Assembly (NCBI GenBank): GCA_027923505.1
Contig: BROI01000024.1
Span: forward strand, 372,001 to 436,000
Length of the DNA stretch: 64,000 nucleotides
Reading direction: 5' to 3'
Source of the DNA: Mayamaea pseudoterrestris
Lineage: Eukaryota
Each line of letters starts with the position of its first letter. Position 1 is the first letter of the stretch. Below are positions 33,323 to 44,666 of this stretch, piece by piece. The notes beneath the pieces were generated by a model. It was not told the DNA's origin. It searched no databases and was given only the letters and a program-made list of their open reading frames with translations. A program made the position numbers and the translations under genes.

Positions 33323-34500
33323 CTAGTAAAAGTTCCACTGCGACGTGGTCGACGCCTCGGATACTTCGCAGCGCCACAAGTAAAGTGCTTCTCCGAATTT
33401 GGGGTGGTGGGTGTTTGCTACGCATCCATCGCTGGCCCATACTGGGTGAATCTCAAAGGGACCGCTCCAGTCGGCCTTTGGAGTGGTGGTGAAGAGCTGT
33501 CGCTCGTTGTTCGAGTCGCAGTATTCAACAGTAAATCTGTCTTGAGTGTTTGATGGAACCGTGATACAGAGATCACTGGCGACTAACTTCCAAAAGAAGC
33601 TTGTTTCATCGGGAAGATAGAGGAACTGCCACTGACTAATCATGTCAGTGTCGCAGTCGGTAATGTAAACACGTCGACCTGGGCTGCACTCCTGATTGTC
33701 CGAGTCGCATCGCAAGCACCTACAATCGTAGAAAGGAACACAAGTTATGTGAGTGACTAAGCTGTTATCGTACTTGCCGCGCTCCATTTAGTAGCGACAT
33801 ACCATTTGCGTTCAAACGTTTCATCCTGCCATCTGTATCCTTGCTCCCAATAAATCTTGAGTCCAAACGTTTCGGAAACACTTCCTTCGCCCAGCGGTTG
33901 AGTTGGAGCTACAGTCGCTTCAACTTGCGAGCCATATGGATCAATGCAGTAGTCCGAGTTGGAATTGTCGTTCTCACCTCCAGAGCATCCAGGAACAGCA
34001 TCTCCGCCGGATCGCTGAAAGCAAGTTAATCCAGTCGCACAGTCAGAGTCAGAGTCGCAGTCTCCCTGGCACAAGCCGAGTGGAAAGGCACTGGAAGGAC
34101 TTCCATCATTTCCCTTGAGCTTTACTTCTGTCGTGATGGTTGTTTCAGTAGTAATTTCTGGAGGCGACGTGCTAGTATAGGTGGGCGGTCGAATGCAATA
34201 GTCCCAGTTGCTTTCGGCGACGCCGCTGCAACCTGGGACCTCCTCTCCGTCGTCGCGCTGGTGGCACACCAAGTCGCCGTCGCAATCATTGTCCGAGTCG
34301 CAGTCTCCTTGGCACTCGCCCAATGGAAAGGCATTGCCAGGATTTCCATTGTCTCCCTTTAAGGAAAGCGAGTTCAATTTACGTCGGACGTTTGATAGCG
34401 AGATCTTTTCGTTGCTGGACGATCCTCCCAAAGTCAAAAAGGCAATCGCGCCAAGAATGGCAGCAGTGACAGCAGCAAACGACAAGGCTTTTCTCATCAT
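33323..34500 (-). CDS. Frustulin-like cell-wall protein: two acidic Cys-rich repeats, a Thr-rich linker and a Trp-rich C-terminal domain; intron 33802-33720
   Basis: PLGECQGDCDSDNDC...VPGC...DYC and PLGLCQGDCDSDSDC...VPGC...DYC; LKIYWEQGYRWQDETFERKWC; N-terminal hydrophobic segment. Confidence 0.85.
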
Positions 34501-35357
34501 GGTGGATTCAAAGCAACAGTTTCGTCAAGCGAGCTCGTGTATCGGTATAGATCGGCGAGAGAGGTACGAAATTGTGACAGCCGAGGGTTGCGAAGACCAA
34601 AGTGTGACGAGCTTTCGCGAGCGAGCAAACGGCCACTCTCGAGCGTTCGTGAATGAGCGAACGGAAGGGACAACGGTCAGAGCGAGCCAGTCATTTGGAG
34701 ACGAATTTAGTACCGCCTGGCGTGGATACAAGGGTATCGTTGAGTCGTGTACACAACTGCGTCACGACATATGGCTTATATAAAAAATCATCTGGGCATA
34801 TTCTGAAACAGTCGGGCAATAGTCTTTAAAACAGCTGTCATTTTCTAAATCCGTCGCGCCGCGGGACAAGGTTGCGAGAACAGATGAGAGCCAAGCCACA
34901 ATGAGATGAGTCGTAATATGAAGCAAAGGCACGCAAGATCTTTGTGGAGCTTGGTCGTGCTTTATACAGGTATGATTTAGAAATTGAGAGGCCGGGTCTG
35001 GGTGAGGCGACGACCATTAATGATTAGCTGGAAAGGACGCTTGATGCAGCAATGTATGGTTTTTTGAAACAAGTAGCTTGAGCAAGTGGCATTTAACAAG
35101 CTTTGATATTAGATGGGTCAACGCGTCGTTATGTCCTGTGCCTCTGCAGAGATGCGCTTACTCACGCAGTGCGGGTAAATGTGACCAGTTAAATAATCAA
35201 ACTCCAATCAACCTTTACTTTGTTGAAAGTACAGAAACGTAGCAGCTTTCTGAGGCACAGTTGTGCTTGATAAAATCCCTGCTGACTAGTTTAATTCGGT
35301 TGCTGCAATCTAACAGCCATATGCTTGAGCATAAAATTTGGAGGAGACGCATGTAAA

Positions 35358-35400
35358 GCAATAGCTTGACGCAATAGTTTGACGCAATGGTTGACGCATA
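35358..35400. repeat. Three imperfect 12-13 bp tandem units (GCAATAGYTTGAC), each containing TTGACGCA
   Basis: gcaatagcttgac gcaatagtttgac gcaatggttgac gcata. Confidence 0.7.
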
Positions 35401-35592
35401 TCATTTATACTTTACTGTTTGGCTCGCTGGTGCTTTACTCGCAACTGCGTGGACATCTCTTTACATAAACGACGTGCGGTATCAGACAGCCGCACTGACG
35501 AGCCACCGGCACGGCACGCCACCGACACAACTAGTAGAATGCGACATAAAGGCGCATAAATATTAATAGGACAATAAAAAAATAAACTCCTC

Positions 35593-36327
35593 TTAATGCG
35601 TTCCCATAACCTTGTCGGCAATCAACGAAAAGACGGCAAATCCGCCGCATCCAAATGCTGCAGCCTGTGGTCCGGACTTGGCCTGCAGTGCAGCTCCAGT
35701 AATGCATCCACTATAAACTGAATTCCACATGTCGCTCTTGCCTCTATACTTTTCTACCAAACATTCACTACCTCCAAATATACCCGTCAAGAATGCAAAG
35801 TTCTTGCACCAATACAAGGACTTCTCTCCAGTAGCTCGCAACACTACCCTCATTTGCTCTCGAAAGGGTGCCTGCGGCACATCCTTGCCGGCAATGACTG
35901 TCACGGGCGGCGTTGCGTCACTCATGGCGCCCATGAATACACCCATGAGCAGTCCCATTCCGGCACCTCCCATGGTGCCAACCAAGGCGCGCAGGGCGCA
36001 CGAGTTGGAGATCCAGGAGAAATCTGGTGGAAGTTCGCGGGGCGATGCGCTCGGCTGCCATGGTAATGGGTATGGAAGCGATCGACGGGTAATTGTTTCT
36101 AGTGAATATGGAGAGTCGTCATGAGTTGGAACTGGTCGGTGCATGGCCATTTGCGGAGAATAAAGGTCGGATGTGAGGGGTGGCTGTGAAAGAATCGTCT
36201 CGTAAATCGTCTTGCACCCTTCCTGATGATGAGAAATGTCTGTATTTGCCGGAGGCGATCGATTTGCCGAGGGAACATCTTTTTTCTTGAAAATGGACAG
36301 CTGTCCTTGAGATGGATCGTTGTTCAT
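35593..36327 (-). CDS. TIM22: Mitochondrial inner-membrane translocase, Tim17/22/23 family (TIM22-like)
   Basis: NSC...GAGMGLLMGVFMGAM; KNFAFLTGIFGGSECLVEKYRGKSDMWNSVYSGCITGA...GCGGFAVFS. Confidence 0.87.
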   Translation of the reverse strand: MNNDPSQGQLSIFKKKDVPSANRSPPANTDISHHQEGCKTIYETILSQPPLTSDLYSPQMAMHRPVPTHDDSPYSLETITRRSLPYPLPWQPSASPRELPPDFSWISNSCALRALVGTMGGAGMGLLMGVFMGAMSDATPPVTVIAGKDVPQAPFREQMRVVLRATGEKSLYWCKNFAFLTGIFGGSECLVEKYRGKSDMWNSVYSGCITGAALQAKSGPQAAAFGCGGFAVFSLIADKVMGTH

Positions 36328-36443
36328 GGTTAAAGGCTGACAACGAGATGGTTTTGATCATGTTGCAGTCGCCGCGAAGAAATTCGGGTGCCGGTACGAA
36401 TTTTAGTAATCCTGCGACATCAAACGCGCACCGCGACGGCGCG

Positions 36444-36468
36444 CCACGTGGAACAACCTTCCACGTGG
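36444..36468. promoter_or_regulatory. Perfect palindrome CCACGTGGAA-caacc-TTCCACGTGG (double G-box) in the TIM22/HSP70 divergent promoter
   Basis: 10-bp arms with a 5-bp spacer, read directly. Confidence 0.6.
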
Positions 36469-36695
36469 TCAAACTACTCGTCAGCGTTTACTTTGCATGT
36501 ATAGTAAGTAAAATTGTGTAAGCTTCATCGTCATCGAACGCCAAGGAATCATGCTAATGGCCACACGTTTGGGTTTCGTGGCGCGCCCAAGATAAACATC
36601 GAAGCGCCCAAGCATTGCTGCCTTCTCATCACAAAACGCAATTCCTGCGCAAATCGTATCGTTTCCTTACCAAAGCATACAAACAACAAACAAAC

Positions 36696-37199
36696 ATGAG
36701 CAGTAAGTAATAACAGAATGAATTAGAGACGATTACAGGCTGGGATGATACGCTGAGGGCGTCGCTTTTCGTGGCGCGGATCGGATGTTAATTGTCACGC
36801 TTGCTCATTCCGAATCGTTTCCGTCGCACATTGCTAACTCGCATGTTTCGTCTCGCTTTTACAGCTGTTACCGGAGAATCCGTCGGTATCGATCTCGGAA
36901 CCACGTACTCGTGCGTCGGTGTCTGGCAGAATGATCGCGTCGAAATCATTGCCAATGACCAGGGTAACCGCACCACGCCGTCGTACGTTGCCTTTACCGA
37001 GACGGAGCGTCTCATTGGAGATGCCGCCAAGTCTCAGGCCGCCATGAACTCGAGCAACACTGTCTTTGACGCCAAGCGTTTGATTGGACGCAAGTTTTCT
37101 GACCCTAGTGTCCAGGCGGACATGAAGCACTGGCCGTTCAAGGTTGTTTCGGGTGTTGGTGGTACACCAGTCATTGAAGTCGAATACAAGGGCGAGAAG

Positions 37200-37237
<38 letters not shown>

Positions 37238-38066
37238 TTCCAAGATGAAGGAGATTGCCGAAGCTTACCTGGCTAAGGAAGTCAAGAATGCCGTCATTAC
37301 TGTACCGGCTTACTTCAACGACTCGCAGCGCCAGGCTACCAAGGATGCTGGAGCCATTTCGGGCCTCAATGTTCTTCGTATCATTAACGAGCCGACGGCT
37401 GCTGCCATCGCCTACGGTCTTGACCAGAAGGGAGACGAGAAGAATGTTCTTATTTTCGATCTTGGTGGTGGTACCTTTGATGTTTCACTCTTGACGATTG
37501 AGGAGGGAATTTTCGAGGTCAAGGCGACTGCCGGAGACACGCATTTGGGAGGAGAGGACTTTGACAACCGCATGGTCGACTATTTCCTCCAAGATTTCAA
37601 GCGCCGCAACAAGAAGGACATGTCGGAGAACCAGCGTGCCCTCCGTCGTCTTCGTACCGCCTGTGAGCGCGCCAAGCGCACGCTTTCCTCGTCCACCCAG
37701 GCACACATTGAAATTGACTCGCTTTTTGACGGCGTCGATTACAATGCTACGATCACCCGTGCTCGTTTCGAAGACTTGTGCATGGACTATTTCAAGAAGT
37801 GCATGGAGCCAGTAGAGAAGGTTCTTCGCGACTCGAAGCTTGCCAAGAGCCAGGTTGATGAGGTTGTCCTTGTCGGAGGTTCCACCCGTATCCCCAAGGT
37901 TCAGCAGATGCTTTCCGACTTCTTCAACGGCAAGGAGCCATGCAAGAGCATCAACCCTGATGAGGCTGTCGCTTTTGGTGCCACTGTCCAGGCTGCCATT
38001 CTATCCGGTGCTGACAAGTCTGAGAAGCTTTCGGAACTCTTGTTGCTTGACGTTACTCCCTTGTCG

Positions 38067-38101
<35 letters not shown>

Positions 38102-38150
38102 GCTCATCAAGCGTAACACGACTGTTCCCGCCAAGAAGTCGCAGACCTTT

Positions 38151-38185
<35 letters not shown>

Positions 38186-38438
38186 TCAGGTCTTTGAGGG
38201 TGAACGCTCCATGACCAAGGACAACAACTTGCTCGGAAAGTTCAACCTTGACGGTATTCCACCCATGCCTCGTGGTCAGCCCCAGATTGATGTTACCTTT
38301 GACATTGACGCCAATGGTATCCTTAATGTTTCGGCTGTCGAGAAGTCGACTGGAAAGGAGCAGAAGATTACCATTACCAACGACAAGGGCCGCTTGTCGC
38401 AGGACGAGATTGAGCGCATGGTCGCCGAAGCTGAGCGT

Positions 38439-38470
<32 letters not shown>

Positions 38471-38813
38471 CATTGAAGCCAAGAACGGACTCGAGAACTA
38501 TTGCTACAGTCTCAAGTCGTCGATTAGCAGCGAGGAGGTCCAGGGCAAGATTCCTGCGGATGACAAGGCCAAGCTCGAGGCTGCCATTGAGGACACCATC
38601 AAGTGGGTCGATGGTAATTTGACGGCTGAGAAAGAGGAATTCGAGGAGAAGCAGAAGAGTCTTGAGGCCATTGCCACGCCCATTTTGCAGTCGATGGCTG
38701 GTGGTGCTGGCGGCATGCCGGACATGAGTGGCATGGGTGGCATGCCTGGTGCTGGCGGCGCTCCGCCTGCGGCTGACCCGGCGAGTGGACCAACCATTGA
38801 GGAGATTGATTAA
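36696..38813 (+). CDS. HSP70: Cytosolic HSP70; 7-nt first coding exon 36696-36702, intron 36703-36864
   Basis: [35 protein letters not shown] repeats, C-terminal GPTIEEID. Confidence 0.97.
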
Positions 38814-38956
38814 AAGAATAATAATGCATTCGTACTAATTTTATCAAATTATTGTTATTACTTTCTTTCTTGATGTTAGCAAGTGATATGTAATGTATAA
38901 TCTCGTCTTGTGGAACGAGGATAGTAATAATGATCATCCGGCAAGCCTTGTGCTTG

Positions 38957-39098
38957 ATACACTACACTCTCCCCTGCAGCAGAAAGCAAGCTTGAAAGTC
39001 GTTATTAAGTCTGCTGCCTCGCACTGAATACACTATAATCTCCATTGTAGCAGAAGCAAGCTCAAGAGTCGTTATCAGGTGTGCTGCCTCGCTCATAC
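38957..39098. repeat. Degenerate ~70-bp tandem repeat (two units) downstream of HSP70; second copy at 51453-51594
   Basis: atacacta..ctcc..gcagcagaaagcaagcttgaaagtcgttattaagtctgctgcctcgc vs atacacta..ctcc..gtagcagaagcaagctcaagagtcgttatcaggtgtgctgcctcgc. Confidence 0.75.
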
Positions 39099-39495
39099 TG
39101 CAAGCTAAATCTTAGAAGTGAAATGTCCGATTCCTACAAAAAGCTATATTATGGAGCCGGCGACACTACCATCAAGACTTACCGACCACAAATATATGGG
39201 GTGCTTGTTACTTCCGTTTATTTAGTGCTATCTAGGCCATCAGAGGCCGTCATCCAAAATCAAACTTGGAAAAGCCACTCATGGAGCAATCGATTGTCAG
39301 CTTCCCAGACATGTGTGATATCTGCAGCTGCCGAAAGCGTACATCTCCGCCAAAACCCTTTAACGGCGATTTCGGACAATAGGGTATAATGAAGACTCCG
39401 TAACGCAACATTCCATCGTTAATTCTTGGCCCAAGAATTTTGTTAAGGACAAATCGCGTACAATAACAAGTCTGTCACCAGGGATCCATTACATC

Positions 39496-42400
39496 TCACC
39501 TCCAACTCTCGTCTGTCTTGCTTCCTGATGCGTCTGACAGTTTCGAGTCGGATCGCTCCCGCTGTAAAACATGAATGCTCAGGTCGCTAAACATTGGCGA
39601 AACGTCGTCAACCACCTTAAACAGTCGAGGCAGGTTGATGGGCTTGCTTTCCATGACATCCAGACCCGCATCCTTAAACTTCATCAGTTCGCTTCTTTCA
39701 AAGTCATCGACGTACGTAGCCGTCAACGCGCAGATAGGTTGACGCGCCCCGGGACGCATTTTATCCTCCCACTCTCTCAATTGCTTCGTCGCCTCGAAGC
39801 CATTCATGACCGGCATGTCGATATCCATAAATGCAATATCATAAATAGATTGCTTCAGTTTATCCACGCCCTCGGCACCGTTCGAAGCGGTGTCAACGAA
39901 AAAGTCTGCGTTTTCGAAAGCGCGCTTGACCATTTTTCTCGTAACTCCACTATCATCAATGACTAAAATCTTCCGTTTGAGGCCTGTATGTCTCCAGCCG
40001 TCAAGTCCGCTGTTCATACAGTGATAGCGGAGCTGGCGTAGAATCATTAAGGAAGCTTCAGCGTATTGGGTGAGGATTACTTGGTGTTGCATCGGATCCT
40101 CTTCTTGCTCAATCATATCCATGGCCGTGCCCTTTAACTCTTCTAACTGTTGCTCGAACTGAGGGAACATGGTAATACGCGCTTTTACTTTGTTCTTCCG
40201 CTCCTTTTCCTTGTCCAAATTCGATTCGACGGACTCTCCCTGGCCCAGCTGGTTCGTAGATCGGACCATGCCGCCACCATGATCGCTGTCGTCGTTCGAA
40301 GTAGAGCCCAAACCATGATCCGGTTCAGATTGGGACGATTGCTCCTGTTCATGCCCATCTTCATTTATGTGATCTGTATTATCGACATCTTCAATTATAA
40401 ATTTTGCAGGTGGATCAGCAAGTAGGCCTTGAAAGGACGCCCAAGTGTTCCAGTCGGCGTTCGCCTGTAATTTATCGAGGTCAAGCCCAACGGAGCCCTT
40501 GAGGCTTGGCAGTAGGTTCGGTAGCTCGTCACGAATCTCCCCCGCCACCTCACTATCAAGAGCAGCCAACAAATCTCCGCGAAGCTTCAGATTTATGTAA
40601 CCATCGCTTCCTCGATCACCCTCGCCGCCATCGGGATCATAAAAATACTTCTGGAGCGCAGTCAACTCATCTTCATCGAACGGAATTCTACTCAGCCAGC
40701 CGAGAAGTCGGAAATAGGCATTTTGCGATGGGGAACCATGTATGTCGTTGATCATCGCCACAAAGTCTGGCGTAAGAAACCTTCTATCCTGGCTATTTGC
40801 ACCTAGAGCGGCGGAAAGGTCGAGATCAAAGCCGTCATTCCGAGCGCCCTGGTTTTTCGCAAGTCGGTTGTTTTCCATCCATTGCAGTATCGTTTTCATT
40901 TGTTCGTCCTTTCGAATACGAAAGCATACTTCATTTGGTTCATCTTGAAGCGAGGGGTCAAGTGCACCAATCGCAACCATCGGCGGTCCAGCAGCAAAGC
41001 CACGAACTCGTTTCATTGGAACCCATCTGTTTGAAATTATACCCGTGGCGATATGGCACTGCGCCGCTTGTCCGAGACAGCAATTGTCAAGATCGAGCTC
41101 CTCAAGGCGAGGATGTTGCGCAAGCGTGTAAGCAAGGGCAATCGCGCCAGATATTCGAAGAATGTTGCCGGAAAGACCGAGATAAGTGATCGACTCACAC
41201 CCGATAAGACTCCTCATCAGACTCGTTATTCCACGGCTTCCAATCTGGTTGAAGCTAAGGTTAAGTCGCGAAAGCGCCGTCATACTTTGAAGGGAGGCGG
41301 CGACGAGTTGACATCCTTGGTCACCAATTGCATTCTTATCCAAGGAGAGGCTTCTAAGCTCGTGCTGTAGCAGCTTGTTCATTATTGTTTCAACGCCACC
41401 AGCACCGATTGAATTTGACGAAAGCTTCAAATCCACTAGAGGACTTTTAGTGCGCTTCGAAATAATCTTCGTTAACTGGGTAGTACCATCGTCACCGAGA
41501 TTGTTATTTGACATGTCTAATCGATCGAGAAATTCCATGGGAACGAACTTTTGTCTGCTTTCAAGGAACCGCACCAAGACGCCAGCTCCGCTCGTACCGA
41601 ATTTATTTGAGGATAAGTTAAGCTCCTGAATTTTACTCTTCGGTCCAAGACCGTCAAACAACCGACTGATAGCATCAGCCGTCATCGAACAATTCGCAAG
41701 ATGTAGCACCTTCAGCTCATTCTGGTCTCGCTTGTCTGAAATGCCATTATCACCAGGCTTTTTAATCTTGGTTTTTCGTTTTGACGTCGACAAAAAATCT
41801 TCATCGTCGTCATCATCGTCTGAGGAAGTCTCATCAGAGTCGTATCCAGTCTTTCTTGTAGTTGAATCCCTTGAGCGTTTCCTCCTTTGCTTCCGAACTT
41901 CTTCAGAAGGTGACAAAGATGTACCTAGCTCCGCAGCGGACCGGACAGATACATAGTTGCCTGACAAGATAAGGCCGCGCAAGGGAGGCAAGCCTCGCCG
42001 TTTTCGCTTGGCAAGAGTTCGCGCAAGCGCTAACAATCCCTTCTCCTCAATTTTACAAAAGCTGATGTCCAACGTTTTCAAGCAAGAATGTTCGCTGTGG
42101 ATAATTTCGGATAGCATCTCCATACCAGCGTTACCAATATATGTATACGAGAGATTAATGACAGATATTGGAGGCGGTGCAGATTGTGGTTGGGCCGGAA
42201 TGTTAAATGATGGTCGCCGGTTGGGAGTGAGCTGGCCAGAGCGTCCCGTCGGCGTCGAGTTTGACCCAGGCGGACTCAGACTTTGTCGCTCGCTATCGAG
42301 CAGCAAATGCGCAAACGCGTCCTTCAGACTTATGCCGTTTTGTAAAGTAGCAATCATCAAAGGTGCCACTTTGTCCACAGCGAGTTTACCCGACAGCACA

Positions 42401-43696
42401 AGCGTAATCATTTTTATTTCCTCGGGGTAAAGGCGCGTCAGTCCCATGTCAAGTCGAACACCTTCTCGCACAGACTGTATCATGGACCATGGGTCAAACG
42501 TTTTCTTTTGAGCGCCAGTAACACTTTCCTTCAACGCCTGCTCCATTTGCGACTCAGCCGTGCCACTGCCCCCAAGAGGATTTCCGCCTGACGCAGCGAT
42601 TCGAACCAAATTGATATCTTCTTGACTCATTCCGGAGGCTGACATGGATTCTAGAATCGACTGATACACTGCCAAGTCCTCCATCGATGTCATGCTTTCA
42701 AAATTCGGTGGCGGTGTGGGTTCTTCTTGGACATTCTGCTGTTCGGCTTCATTGGTCGTCGGTTTAGCACCCATCAGAAACGAAGCCTCGACTGCCTGCA
42801 CTAATATAGCAGTTATCCTCGTTATTCGATTTATCCGCCTCGCTAGCTCTTCATCATGCACGTACGACTCCAGTAGTATTATCGCTGGTATTGGTTCGTG
42901 AACGTATTCCACCGCTCTCGACAATAGCCATATCCATTGGCCGCCGAGCTCCGGCACAGTCCGTCGCCGCAAGTAGACTGGGACACCGGATTGACCCTTG
43001 TCCCAAAAATGCGACTTTATAAATAAGAAACCAGGCAAGTCCTGTTCGTCTACATTGTCATACGCCGTAGTCATTAACAACGCTTCCGGAGGAAAGCCAG
43101 TGACAGTTCGTGTCGCCTCAAGAATAGTGCCTAGAAAACGGAGGTAAACGGTCAGAAACGAACAATATACGACAAGCCTAATGTGATTATTGCTTACCAT
43201 TTTGAGCAATTGTCAAGTAGTGCCCCTCGGGAAGCGACGCCAAAGGATTCTCGTTGGAAAAGCTCATCTCGTCAAAGGGTTGTTGGTGTTGGTGTTGAAG
43301 AAATTGCTGGAAATACTCGTGCGGAATTTGTTGCTGCATTCCACCATCTTGATGCATGACTCCATCTGTTGATTGCTGATATATGTTTTGAAACGGAGGC
43401 TGTGCTTGTCGATGGAATGGTGATACGCCACTCTTCTCTTCGGGTTGCGCAATTTGAAAATTAATTTGCCCCTGATGTAGCCCCATCACCTCATGAAGAA
43501 GATGCTGATCACCATTGGAAATTTCACCATTGCTACTCGACTGTTCCAGCTCGTTGATGAATTGCAACTGCTGATCATCCAGCTGCACCTGGTTTTGTTT
43601 TGTATTCGATGACCAGGGGCCCATTGGAATACCCTCGCGCTGAGCAGCTTCCAGCATGGCCGCGCGAGCGGCTTTCTCTGCCGCTTGCATCATCAT
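39496..43696 (-). CDS. Multidomain signalling protein: Gln-rich N-terminus, PAS-like domain, RI-type leucine-rich repeats, C-terminal response-regulator receiver; intron 43197-43131
   Basis: LRRs such as LDRLDMSNNNLGDDG and LSRLNLSFNQIGSRG; receiver KILVIDD...FMDIDMPVMNGFEAT...ALTA...SKP; the spliced region reads GTILEATRTVTGFPPEALL...RRRT...GQWIWL. Confidence 0.88.
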
Positions 43697-44233
43697 TTTC
43701 CGAGACCCTCTCACTCTCTATCAATGTTTTGGAAGATCAAGAAAGTGACCAAAGAATAGATTTAGACTGCGCTCGGATATAAAGGTGCGTTCACCTTGAC
43801 TACACTGCGCGAGTGGATTGCCGTCATCGTTGATCTGCAGCTGTCGCTCACCACGAGGAGTTGGATCCCGTATTTCCGAAAATGACCCGAAAGGTAATCT
43901 GGTGGTCGTAAGAAACCCACTGTGAATGACGCCACAGCGGAACACTGATTTCCCATTGACGTGAACCGACCCGCAGCTCCGTACTTGTGATACGTTGAAT
44001 GGCCTTCTGCAGTTCCAGCGAATTCTGGTCTTCCCAAAGAAATTCGCATTCGAGTCATTTTCGATCTGTATCGATTTAAAAGTACTATTACGTACACTCC
44101 GCTTTACTTGTTTTAATTCGGTGCGACATGTCCACGACGCCGCGCGGCCATCACGACGTTTCGTCCACATTCCACATCTCCATCGATCGTTGATCCTTAC
44201 ATTAGCGACGGAAGTAAACCTTACTCACGAAAA

Positions 44234-44539
44234 ATGACAGAGGAAAACAAGGTATTTGTCAAGCTCGTTTCAGCGGAAGGCCAAGATTTCTTCGTCGACC
44301 AAGAAGTGGCTACCACGGCGTCCAATACGATTCGATGCATGCTGGAAGGCTCGTTTCGCGAAGCGCAAGACAAGGTCATTCGCTTTCCCGACATTTCCAG
44401 CTACGTGCTTGAAAGAGTGATCAAGTACATGCATTACAAGGCTCAATATAGCAATTCAAATTCCCGTCTGCCGCAGTTTGTCATTGAGCCGGAGTGTGCG
44501 CTGGAGCTGCTGATTGCCGCAAAGTATTTGGATTGCTAA
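44234..44539 (+). CDS. ELOC: Elongin C
   Basis: VKLVSAEGQDFFV...SNTIRCMLEGSFREA...FPDISSYVLERVIKYMHYK...ALELLIAAKYLDC. Confidence 0.93.
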   Translation: MTEENKVFVKLVSAEGQDFFVDQEVATTASNTIRCMLEGSFREAQDKVIRFPDISSYVLERVIKYMHYKAQYSNSNSRLPQFVIEPECALELLIAAKYLDC

Positions 44540-44666
44540 GAGTTACGAAGACGAGGAAATTAAGCCGATTATCTGACAACGATATACATTTGTTTTAATA
44601 ACCTTTAACTATAGGCAATTGGCGAACTTTGGTGAATGATGCAACTTGTGACATGTTTCGTAGCAT

